A stretch of 64,000 nucleotides of DNA from Chrysomallon squamiferum (taxonomy: Eukaryota > Animalia > Mollusca). This document shows, piece after piece, positions 29,692 to 42,436 of this stretch. Each line of letters begins with the position of its first letter. Within the stretch, counting starts at the first letter, position 1. Below the pieces are notes generated by a model. That model saw only the letters and a program-made list of their open reading frames with translations. It was not told the DNA's origin and searched no databases. Position numbers and translations under genes: made by a program. The stretch is from assembly GCA_012295275.1 (NCBI GenBank), contig CM022671.1, forward strand, positions 19,902,001 through 19,966,000. The letters are read 5' to 3'.

Positions 29692-30202
29692 GACTTTGAC
29701 AGAGTTCACCGGCTATGTAGAGGTCGCCACTTCTATGACTTCCGTTGTACTTTCATTATGATCTCCTGTTGTTACTCCAAAGAACCGACAAATTTTGTAA
29801 ACGACATTTTAAAGCATATCTGTTTCGGGCAGAAATTAAATGCTTTTCACTTATGAACTACAAAAATAAAAATTGACTTATAAATTGTTGCAAAGTGTTG
29901 TGGACTTTTGTTGTCTCATTAAAATGAAAATGAAAATAATGTAAAATGTAAAAAAATAAAATAAAATAAATACAATAAAACAACAGGTTGGTTTATTTGT
30001 AAACTTAAAAAGATCAAAACAATTCCAACTGGGTTTTTTCGATTCGACTGATTGATGTTGTTTATCTTGAAAGAAAGAATGTAAAGTATAATACAAATAT
30101 TGTGTTACTATTATTTCGTTTGTTTTCGGAATAAACGGATTTCCGTTTTCTTGCAGAGGACGGAAGTGGGCAGGATTTCGGTGATATATATAAACTCTAA
30201 CT
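29692..30202. promoter_or_regulatory. Bidirectional promoter shared by DLD and EEA1
   Basis: Start codons diverge with 511 bp between them. The region retains CpG. CGGAAGT (ETS) faces each gene: 29738-29744 on the minus strand and 30161-30167 on the plus strand. Confidence 0.75.
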
Positions 30203-33200
30203 ATGTTGAAAAGATTACGTGGTAAAAAAGACTCGCAGAGTTCGGTGAGAATCTGCATCATTTTATGTCATATATAATTTTTATATCTTTGTTCAGTGCA
30301 TTCTTATTTTTTGCAGTGCTTTGTTGAAACCACATTTTATTGGGGTTACATGATTTTAGCAGTAACAGCAAATACACGACATTTAGACATTACACTTACA
30401 GTTACAGTGATTACTGTTTAGTTTGATTCAGTGATTCATTGATTGGCACTGACAGTAACATTCGCAATCGGCATTGTCACTGACAGTGACAGTTACGCAT
30501 AATAATGATTGTCATAATAATGTCACTGTCAGCCAATTAGTATTCATTCTGTCAAAACAGACTGGCCATACATTCCAGAAAATGAAATGAAAATTAATAA
30601 TAATTTTTATAATCATAATAATGTGGTTAGAATTATGAATTCAGACGCTAATTCTTTGTATGTGTGTAGAGTTACATTTAACTTCTGTCTTTTTCAAATT
30701 TAAGATGATAATATATTTTTTTTATTAATAAAATGATTATATGTAATAAAATTTCAAACTGAAAATAATGAAACTGTTACAAAGAAAGTATTTTAATCTT
30801 TTTAAAAAACCAAGAACAAAACTTACAAAACCCATTTATTATGGACATGATTTTGGATTTTGCTTAAATTATACAAAATTACAAAGTGCTGTCTGATCAC
30901 AGATTTTATCATTTTGCTTAAAATTAGGACAACATAACATAAACTTTGATAAAGGATAGCTTTCACACTCACATTTTTGTTTTTCAGGATAATCCCCAAT
31001 CCCCCACATCCAGTCGCTTTGCTTTACCCAGCTTCCTTACCAATCGCACTGATTCCTCTAATGAAAATGATTATAATGAAGCACAGGTAATGTGATATTA
31101 TGTTTAATAAATACTCATTGGTTGTGAAATATTGTAATTTAACCTGTGTTTTGCATGTTGTCTGTCTGTGTTACTGAAAAGGAACTATATTATGGATTTT
31201 AACGTTAATATATGAATCCCAACCATCCAGAGGTTAGATTTAGTTGATTATGACAATATCTAGCTCCAAATCAGTAATGTAAATATTATATTCTAAAAAA
31301 ACTGCCTAAGAAATTGTGAAAGGCAAAATATATTTTTATATAGTATTATAAAAAAATAAGAAAAAAATAGGTATTTCTTATTTCTTTTATTTTTCTTGCT
31401 GTTCAGTAAACATGAGAATAATATTTAAGACCAACTGTTTTCTAAGCTTTAAAAGTAATTTGTTTTATTATTAATTTTAAAGTAAATATTATGAAAACTA
31501 ACAGCATCTTGAATTTTATTATTTAGTTGACTAAAATGTTATTGTTTCTGTCATTAGTTTTTAAATGCATGCAACAAGTAGTTGTTTTATTCTGCAAAAT
31601 ATCTTCACATGTTTTATTAAGGGCTTTCTGTGCCCAATCTGTATGAAGTCGATGTCAGATGCTGAGGCTCTTCAAAAACATTTTGATGTTGAACATCAGG
31701 AAAATAATTCACAGAACAATGTCCAGGATATGCAGGGTGTAAGTTGAGAATGTTATAAAACATTATTATGAGATAGTCATTAAATTCCATTTATTTTGTT
31801 ATTCTAATTTTGAAGTTTCACAAGATTTATTATCATATATGCAATATTATTATTCTGTTTTCTTTTTATGCTTTTGGTGTTTTCATCAAATTTCATATTA
31901 CTAACAGGCTTTTCTACTAACAACATAAATAATAATATAATTATGCTTTTCTGTTTGTTTTTTGTTGTTTTTTTGTATTTTGTTTTTTGTTGTTTTTTTT
32001 GTTGTTTTGTGTACGTGAGTAATTTAATTCAAATTTTTTATATAATATGGGTGTTAAAACCATTAATGTATTAACACAGTGTAAGTTTATTTTTTTCTTA
32101 AATGTTAAATAATGCTTTTGAAAAATAACATCATTATCTCTTAAGTCTGAGACAAACTAATGTTTATTTATTTATTTTCTTTAGTTACTTTAACATTAAT
32201 TTAATATAGAGCTGCATGTAATTTTAAATTGATTATAAAAGTTTACTAATAATAAACATTTAAGTTTAATAGATTTTGAGGAATATATTTTTATCTTTGT
32301 TAGAATTTCTTTTCTAATCTAACACGTCTTCCATTACAGTGTTTGCATTTTAGAAATCTCTTGTTAAATCACAAATAATGGGAAGAGTTACACATTTGTG
32401 TATTTTATTACATATATAATTGGAGATTAATATATAGAATTATGTGATATAATTATGACCATCAAAAACATTTCTGCTGTATATTATTGTAGGAAGGTTT
32501 CCTATGTCCCATATGTAAAAAGGCCTTAACATCACCTGAAGCCTTGACTGAACATTATGAGAAGGAGCACAACAGTCCTGTAGAGCAAGCAAATATTAAA
32601 CGGTAAACTTTCATCTAAACTTTAATCTGCTGAATCAGTTACATACTAACTAAAACCATTAATAATATTTGGTGACATAACCTGTTGAATCAGTTAAACA
32701 GGTATTATATTTCTAAATTTAAAAAAATGTATTTTTAGTGGCATAAAATTGCATAGATATGATATATAATATATCTTAATTTTTAAAAATATTTTTATTC
32801 ACCTCTATATATTTGTATCATTAAAATTTCTTGTCTTGTTCAGTTATTATATAGTGAGAAGGTGACAGTTACATCTAGAAATACTGATTTTGCCATATAA
32901 TTAAGACCATAATATTTTTAATAGCATAATGGTTAATTGAGTTAAAATAGATATAAGTGTAGTTTGGCATGCACAATATGAATACTAAAATACTTGATAA
33001 TGGTTGGTCAACAGATACTGTTTCACTTTTGTCACAACCTCAGCTGAGTTTAATGATGATGAATTAAAACCTGTAATTTAAACAGTTTCAGAATACAGTT
33101 TATAAATGACAATCATCAATGATTTTAGTTAGAAATTATTTAGATTTTTTGAAATAAATAATTTTCCATTTATGTTTAGTGATATTAATGAAATTATTTT

Positions 33201-36200
33201 GATTTTGAATTTATTTGAAAAGGAAATTCCTTTTTTGAAATAAATATTTTTCTTTGTACATTCAGAGATGTAAATGAATTGCCAATACAAAACAGTGAGA
33301 ACGGTCAGTCACCAGAGCTAGATATGGTTTTACTACAGCTGCGAGGGTCAGAAGAGAGTCGAACCCTTTGTAAGTAAATTTCTATGATCAAATAGTTCTG
33401 CAAAATCTTTTTTTATTAACAACAGTTCAGTATACATAATAGTTCTATTATCATTTGAAATTTTTTTCTTCTCCTTTTCATTTAGTTTAGCCTAGTTGTT
33501 TATTAACAATGGTTCTTAACCCCTTTTGTTTTTCAGCAGTCCATTTCATATAATGTTTATGGTTATGGCCACTTGGTTACATTTTATACTGTGATAGAAG
33601 GACAGTATAGTTACTGTTGCCTTTGTATTCTCATAATGTTACAGAGAGGGTACTGCCAAGGTTTAGAATACCAGATCATAAATTCTATTAAAATATAATG
33701 TTTCATTAACACATTATCACTTCTGTGGTTTTATTACCGTTACAGAATGAACTTAAGACATATATTTCTATTTTTTTTATTAACAGTAAGCTCAGAAGTA
33801 CATCATCTGCAGTCCCAGCTTTCAAATGTCACCTCTGAACTCAAACAAATTAAAGAAGAAAAATCAGCTATTGAACAAAAGACAGCTAAATTGGTAAAGA
33901 AATCTTTTAAATGTATTTTAAAAATAGCATTTAGGTATTTCAAGTTCTTGTTTATTTGTTGTTTTTTATATCGGTCTTCACTAAAAATATGTGTGAACAT
34001 AATAATTATAACAATCTGTAGAAAATATATGGAGGTTGTCATTTGCCTTTTTTCTTTTAGTAATGTTACTCTTTACTAATGAGTATAAAAATAATCCTAT
34101 ATAAATAATAATATAAGGTATTCAGTAATGTAAACAAGTAAAAGTAAGTAAACCATAGACAAAGTTACCATAACTTTACAACAAAATAAAAATTAATTGT
34201 GGCAGCATCTATGTATCTTATGGATTGTTATGTTTATTAAAAGTTGTGTAGAAATAAGAATTTCAACATTTAAATATTTAGCTTACAGTTTAAAAATGCA
34301 TGTCAGCATGAACTTTCTGTTTTTCTGTACTGATCTAAATTAGTTTCTGTAAGAAGGTTTCTTGCAATTCATTCTCTCATTTTTAAAAAAATGTTTTGCC
34401 ACTGACAGGCAGGTGACATGGTGTCATTAAAAGCTAAGGTAGATGAAAGTGAAGGCCAAAAAGCAGCTCTGGGAGACCACATAAAGACGTTGAAAGTAAG
34501 TTGAATAAATAATAGTTAACAGAGCTCAGCTATTCACTATTCTAAGACTAGAACAATTTTTCTGTCCAAAGACCTTTATTTTAGTTTGGTCTATTTATTT
34601 ATTAAATTATTCAGTGATGTGTTTTTAATTTCTTTTTTATTTAAAAATCTAAATGTAAATATTTGATAATAAATTTAAAAAGACCTATGTTTTTCTGCTA
34701 TTAGTAATACATGTATTCTGCATTTTAATCTGAACAAAAGATTTTATAAATATTTTTCTGTTTGAAAATTCACATAGTTTAAATGTACTCTATTGGTGAG
34801 CATGAAACATAGATGAATTTAGCAATGTCATGTCAGTATAAAAAGATTAATTAAAATTAAAAGGAACCACCTTAAATAATAATTAATATATCATCTGAAA
34901 ATTGTTCTGTTTGATTTCAGCAACAACTAAATGAAAAGGATCAGTATGTTAATTCTTTGGAATTACAGATGTCTCAGAGGTAATCTTTTTAAGCAGGATA
35001 ATATTTATTTAAAAATGTGTTTTTGTAAAATATAGTGCATATTATTAGTTATCACAATATACCAATACTTCATTTTCAAATCTTTTTTAAACATCTGATG
35101 TAGATGTTAATTCCTGTTTTAAATTATTTTTAAAATCGAATATCTGTCACTCTCTTTATAACATATGCTTGCTATTACTGACATTCATCTTTGGTTTCAT
35201 GTTATTATTAATTACACTATCTCACCATAGCGTTCATTAATCCTTTTTTATTTATCTATTCCCTTGAGATGAGGTTGTCCTTTTAAAAGATTTATATCCT
35301 TGTTTGAAAAACTGAGTCTTCACCTAAGATTTTAATATTTTATCTTTAATATGACACTACAGCTTTGAAACAGAATTCACTCTTTTCTTTTCTCTTTCTT
35401 TTCCACTGCTTCTTCTTCTTAATTTTGGTGTCTTCCAGTGCTGACACTGAAAAATCGGAGCGGTAATACTCTTTTATGTTTTTGAAAACACTGACTGTTT
35501 GTTTTGTTTTCACATTTTTGTATTGTAACAGTTTCTCCAGAACATGCTATCTTAATTTATCATTATACTTGCCTTGTATTTCTCATAATTATTAAATAAT
35601 TTAAATGTATGAATATTTTAATTTTGAAAATTTCTTAACAGCATGTGTTTATCCACACACCAAAAACCTTTGCTTGTACATTCAAAACATTACCAACATT
35701 GCCTCCAGTCCATACAAATTTAAAAAAAAAAAATCAAAAACAAAAAATCATTACAGTATTAATAATAATAATAACTAAATATATTTAGCTTTTAAAATTC
35801 AGGATATAAAAAAAATTGACTGAATTTGAATTAAAAGGCATAAATTATAATTATATACATTTATGTAACAAAAAAAGATTGATATAGTAAAAAAAAAAAA
35901 AAAAGTAACATGATAGTACAGTAGTTATTAGAATATATTTTCTTTTTGTTGACAATTCTGTTAGATTTAATTTAGATTTTTTTCAAATAATATTTCAGTT
36001 GCCTAAACTAAAATAAAAAAAAATAAAAACAATAAATCATAATTTGAAATGTGTAACTGATGAAGCATTTTGTATTTATTTTTAAAATTTATTTATTTAT
36101 TTATTTATTTATTTTTTTATTATTTTTTTTTTTATTATAATTTTAAATTTTTTTAATGCTTTATTTATTTTTTTTTTTTGTTGTGAATGTGCAACAGTTC

Positions 36201-39200
36201 TTTTTAGTTAGCATGAATTGAATATTTTTGTCTGAAGTGCATTTTAATTTATATATACTGATGTATACTTTTTTTGGGGGGATGATGAAAATATTTGATC
36301 CATTAGCTTTTCCATTCCTGGCTAATATGTTATAATGCACAATCCAGTGTAAAACAGTTTAAAATGATTGATATGAAATAATTTATACCATACACCAAAA
36401 ATCATTAATAAAGTAATAAAAACAATAACAACAATAATAAATTAAAAACATTTTTGTTCAGTATTTATTTTTAAAATCTTTTTGTTTATGTTAATATCAC
36501 AAAATAGTTGTCATGCTTTGTGTACAAGTATTTTGAAATAAATGTTATGTACTTCCTACTTCCCATGTATCATGTGATGTCCTTTGTGTCTTCAGGCTTA
36601 ACATTTTCAGGGGAAATTATTAATTCAACATATTTTTTTGCATGTATACCAAATAGAATGTTAATCTTCTAACCTTATTTCAAAAGATATATATTATTTC
36701 AACAATTACATATCTGTTGTTTAATTATATATATTATATGCATTAGATAACCATATATCTATAATGCTTGATGAAAGTTGTCTCTTTACAGATTTGAAAT
36801 TTAATTCAGTACTAGGATTTCATTAGTGATATAGTTTGTGTTAGTTGATGAATCTTTTATTAGAGATTATGACTTTGTGCTTTTGAAGTGAATGTAAGGA
36901 TTATTAAAAATAATAAATAGTAGATAAAATCTTTTTAGCATGAATTCTTTTTGCTTTTGATTTCTAAAATTGACCATTACTTCAGTGAGCACATATTCAG
37001 TAAGAATAGTTTACTTTTGTATTCTATCCAACATCTGACACAAAATGTGTACTTTTATTGTTTTTAACTAGACCTGGAGCTGAAGATGTTCTCGTATTGA
37101 AACAGGAACTTATCAGTGTACAGACTCTTATGGACAAGATGACTCTGGAACGGGAAAAAGAGAGAGATGACCTTGAACGGGAACTTGAAAAACTTAAAGA
37201 GAAACATAAAATGTTAGTTTATTATTTTAAATTACTTAAGTTGAGTTATATTGGTGGGTAATTATCAGAATCAGTCATTTGTGTATTGTAACATGAAAAT
37301 GTTAGCAATAGAGGTTGATGGGAGTGATTCAACAGTTTCTTTAGCAGTAGTTTTGTTGTAAGATCCACATCCTTTATCATATTATATAGAGCTTAAGATC
37401 CACCAGTGCCTCAGTGGTACATGTTAACTTGGATATAGAGATACCTGAATCTTATGAATGCTTCTTTCCATTAATTTTTTTTTGTTGAGATATATCACAA
37501 ATGATTCTTTAATGACTGTGCCTTTGTTTAGATATTAAATAAGTTGACTGTTAAAATAAATGAATTTCAGGTCAGAAGAAAAAATAAAAGAATTACAGAA
37601 TGAACTTGACAGAGCTCCAAAGGAAGAGGAAGTTAAACAGTATGATTTGTTTATTTTTTATTATTCTTTTTTATTTTTTAAAGAGCTCATTTACAGTTGA
37701 ATTAATATATTTAAAAAAAAAAAAAAAAAAAAAAAAATATTAAGAGATTTCTTTTAGCTTATGTTATTATTATTATTTATTTAGATATATTTTTTACTTA
37801 CACATTAATCCAATTTTTGAAAAGAGTTTATTTATAATTTAATCTTTAAAAAAAAAAAAATCAGCTTTTTTATGAGTTATTATTAGAGTTATTACAGTTA
37901 TGGGTTATTATTATTATTATTATTATTATACAGTCTTCAATCAGCTTTAAGTGAAAAAGATTCTGGATCAGAACATTTGACCTCATTACTTCAAGGAAAG
38001 GACACAGAAATTAAACAACTGTCTGATGATAAATATGAGGTAACAGATGAAGATGTTTAAAATATATTCTGTTATAAAGTCAAATTAATAACATTAATTT
38101 CATCATTGTTATAACTTTTAAAAAATTATTTAATTTTTGTTTATTTATCTAAATGACTATAAATCTTTTAAATTGATTTGTTTTCCATTTTTATATTACC
38201 CCAAAATCAAAAAAAACAACAACAGAAAGAAAGAAAATCATTACTTTTGAAAGTGAAACATTCAGTAAGATAAATTTTTTTTTTTTTTTAGATTCAAAAT
38301 ATATAACAATACATCTTCATAATATGCATAAAGTATCTTATAGGGTGATCCTGAGAATAAATCACATTTGCATAGATTAATATTGTTAAAAACATTATTT
38401 TGAAGATATTTTCCTGTTACAGAAAAACCCACTTTCAGTTCAGTCATGAAACTGTTATTATAGTTCTGTAAAATATAATTTTTTTATATTGTAGTTAAGC
38501 AAACAGCTTGAAGAAATGGAATCAAAGCTGTTAGAAAAAGAAAAAGCTGCAGAAGCACTGGGACAGGAGAGTATCAAATTTCAAGAAGAGAAGAACAACC
38601 TGATGAACAGACTGAGTATTGCCGAGGAGAAAAACACAAAGTTTGAAGCAGACATCAAACAAGTTTGTTTTTATTGCACTGTTACAGATCATAAACCTCT
38701 TAATGAAAGTTTGTAGTATACCATGCTGGTGTTTTCAGAATCAGTAAAAAGCACATTTAATAACTAAAAAAACAGGCTGCACTAAAATAGTGGGGGTTTA
38801 TTTGTCACCAAAAGAGATGTGGGAAATGATGAAAACAATGCTCAGGGTTTTTCTTCAGTTTAAATTACTGGTTTTGTGATGATTAATTTCCAATCTGGAA
38901 TATTATGATAAACTTGAATTTCTCTTTTTTAAGAATTTTATTTAGATTTTTAAGTCTGATAATTTTACTAAAAAATTGAGCAACATTATTGCATTTTAAT
39001 TTTACAAGATTTGGTTTCTTTCTCCTTTTGTTTTGGAACTGACATTAATACAGTTAACTGCTCTCAACTTAGAATAAAATAATAAATTATGATTAACATA
39101 ATACAGAAGAATAAAATAACAAATGTATATTTTAAAAGTCATATAAATAACATAAAGCAGAAAGGGAGTCTTAATATTTATTCAGTTTATTAAAAAAATG

Positions 39201-42200
39201 AAAGAAAATACGAGTCCATGTTGATTCTTTATACTTAGACTAGTTTTTTTTTATTAGTTGCAGGGAAAGTTTGAAGAAATAGGTAATCAGTTGGAGGAGA
39301 AGACCAATAAAGTGACTGAACTGCAGTCAGTGCTAGATGAAAAACAAGCCAGAATTAGTGACACTCAACAGCAAAGTGAACAACAGATGAGCAAGTTATC
39401 TGAAGCATTGCAGGAACTCTCTAATGTACGAATATCTATGTACAGATTGCACCTGCAAACACTTTTTTCCATTTATTTCTTATTTTTACTCTTGATGTTC
39501 ACAGGTTTTGTTTTTCATTTAAAAGAGTAATATATTTCTGAAAAACAAAAAGGAAATATTTTTATTGTATAACTAAAGTCAAAATAGTTAATTATCTATT
39601 TGTCATGTTATTATAAAAATATTTCTACTATTTAGGTACAGTCATCACTTCAGGAGAAGAATGATCTTCTTGAAAAACTTCAGAAGGAGATGGCTGAATC
39701 AAAACATGAGTCTCAGAATTTGCTTCTGCAGAAAGAACAGAATCTGAATGACATGAAGATGGAACTGGATAAAGTGAGAACTTACATTTATTTGTATTAA
39801 TGAAGTATTAATGATAAACATTTTATCTTTTGAAATAACCAAAATTGTAATTAATAAAAATATAATATTTTGATAAATGCTAAAATTTTAGTATGTTTTG
39901 TTTTGATATTTTAAGAGACATTAAAAAAAAAAAAAAAAATGATGCAGATTATCAGATCTATCAACATTCTTAGGTTTTCTAATTTCATATTATTATTGCT
40001 GTTTTCTTACTTTTTTTTTTATTTTATTTTCAGTTTCAGGAGAAGCTTGAACAGACACAGAATCAGTTACAGGAGAAGACGAGTAAGCTGACTGAACTGC
40101 AGACTACACTAGATGAGAAACTTGCCAGGATCAGTCATCTGGAACAAGAGAGTGAACATCAAAAGAATAAGTTGTCTGAGACTCAGCAAGAACTTACAAA
40201 TGTAAATCTGTTATTTTTATATATACAGCATATACTAAGAATTGTATTACATTTTATATTTTATTTCAAACACATGTTATTTTGACAGTTAACATTTTGT
40301 GTATCATATTTGTTATTCTGAATCATATTTCTTATGTGTAAATCTAAATCCTATGTGTTCGATGCTAAAAAATCATTCTTCTTCAAACTATTATTTTACT
40401 CTGAATTTTAGGACTTACTAAGAATATTTCTATCTTATTCAGCCTGCCAAGCCTCATTCTGTATATGGCTTTATCTGAAACAGAATATATATTTTGTCTT
40501 GTCACAAAGTGGAATTGCTAAAGTCATTTTTGACAGTCAGTTGAAAAAAATGGAGATGTACTAATATTTAATGATCAGTTTAGGATGCAACTTCTTTTCA
40601 TAAATTTAGTGTTTGTTTTAAAGATGTACTCAGACTTTGATCAGTACATCATATCTTTTTAAGATTTCTTTATATGCTATTTTGATTTAGGTGCATATTT
40701 TTATTCATCATTTTTAAAAACATTTCAATATGTTGTTTTTTTGTTATTTAATCTTATTATTATTATTAATGTAGTTACAAGCATCTCTAATGGATAAAGA
40801 CAGCAGTGTTGAAAATTTCCAGAAAGTGATCTCTGATCTCAGAGCTGAATCACAGAATTTGCTGCATCAGAAAGAACAACAACTGAATGAGACAAAATTA
40901 GAACTGGAAAAAGTAACAGTATTTCCTAAATAATAACAAAAATCTCTAATATAAAATTAAATGTCATTTACATTTTAAATAAATAACAAAAATGACAGAT
41001 ACTAACGAAGTACATATGTTTCTGATTTTTTATTTTTTTTTATTTTCTTCTTATTTTTGTAAAAAACATTATTTATATTCCAGCATGTGTATGTATCTGA
41101 GGCTTAGTTGTGTTTTTTTTGTATACAATTACTTAATAATCTTCTTTGGTAGGCTCAAGCAAGCCTGGAAACCAAAGACTCTCAGCTTGAAGACCTCACA
41201 AGTCAGTTACAGTCGGTCAGCAGACAGTATCAAGATGAGGTTAGCTTGACATTTTTTATTTATTTATTTATTTGTGTGTGTATATATATATATAATATAA
41301 ATAATAGTTATTTTACATAACTCAACAAAAATACATTAGTATATATAGAAATATAATCATGATATACATACATACATACATACATAAGTACAATTTTCAT
41401 TACAGTCCTGTATATAATTTCCCAAAGCATTTGATGAATAAATTATGCCTCTGTTTACGTAATTGTTATATTGGTATAACTGAGGTGACAGACACACACA
41501 CACATGCAGAGACACACACAGACATATACACAATTACGTATGAAGTGCTGTCTTTCTATGATTTCAGAGTGTTGCCCATGATGAAGTAAAACTTCAGTTA
41601 AGGGACAAAGAGGCTCAATTAGAAGAAGAAGTTAGAAAATGTCAGACACGGTATGAACTCTGATATTTTAAATTAAATAATTTCAGATAAAAACTCACTG
41701 TAATATATGGCATTTATATTAAAAAAAAAGTATTTAAAAAAAGTCGGTCAATATAGCATTTAAACTTAAAAAAGTATTGAAAAAACAAGTATATTTTTAA
41801 AAATTAAATTCAGTTATAACATTTGTGTTTGTATGTGTGATTTGTTTATAAATTGGGGTTTAAATGATAAAATTTTAATTTTTTTCAACAGAGAACAAAA
41901 GATAAATGAATTAGAATCTTTGATAGAAAGCAACAAAAATGAGTTACAGAGACTGGAGAATGAGAGAGGAAATTTGTTTGCTAAGGTAACTGACTTATCT
42001 TGATAAAAAAAAATACACTTGTATAAGAGCATACATTAGGCTATGATGTGCTATTCTTATTTTTACTGGAAAAAAAAACTAAACTGTTCATAGGATTATA
42101 TGAATGTTTTACAAATGATAAAGGAAAATGTTAAGTTAATTTTCAGAAATGCTTTAAATATACAAATACAATTTTTTGTTTTTAGATAGAGGCAGGTGAA

Positions 42201-42391
42201 GGTATTGATGCAGCTCTCAATCAGTTGAAACAAGAAAATGTGAGTGCTTTATCTGGAACATTAAAATTTGTTCTTGTGACAGTTAATAATTATTTGTTTG
42301 TAATACATTAAATACATGTCATTTATTTAGAAATAAAAACTGACCTCTATTATTTAATTGGTTAAAGAAATGGTTAAAGTGTGTGTGTGTG

Positions 42392-42436
<45 letters not shown>

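Noticed and set aside
29878-30261. 127-aa minus-strand ORF across the DLD-EEA1 promoter
   Set aside because: AT-rich and Phe/Ile-biased, antisense to EEA1 exon 1, with no recognisable homology.
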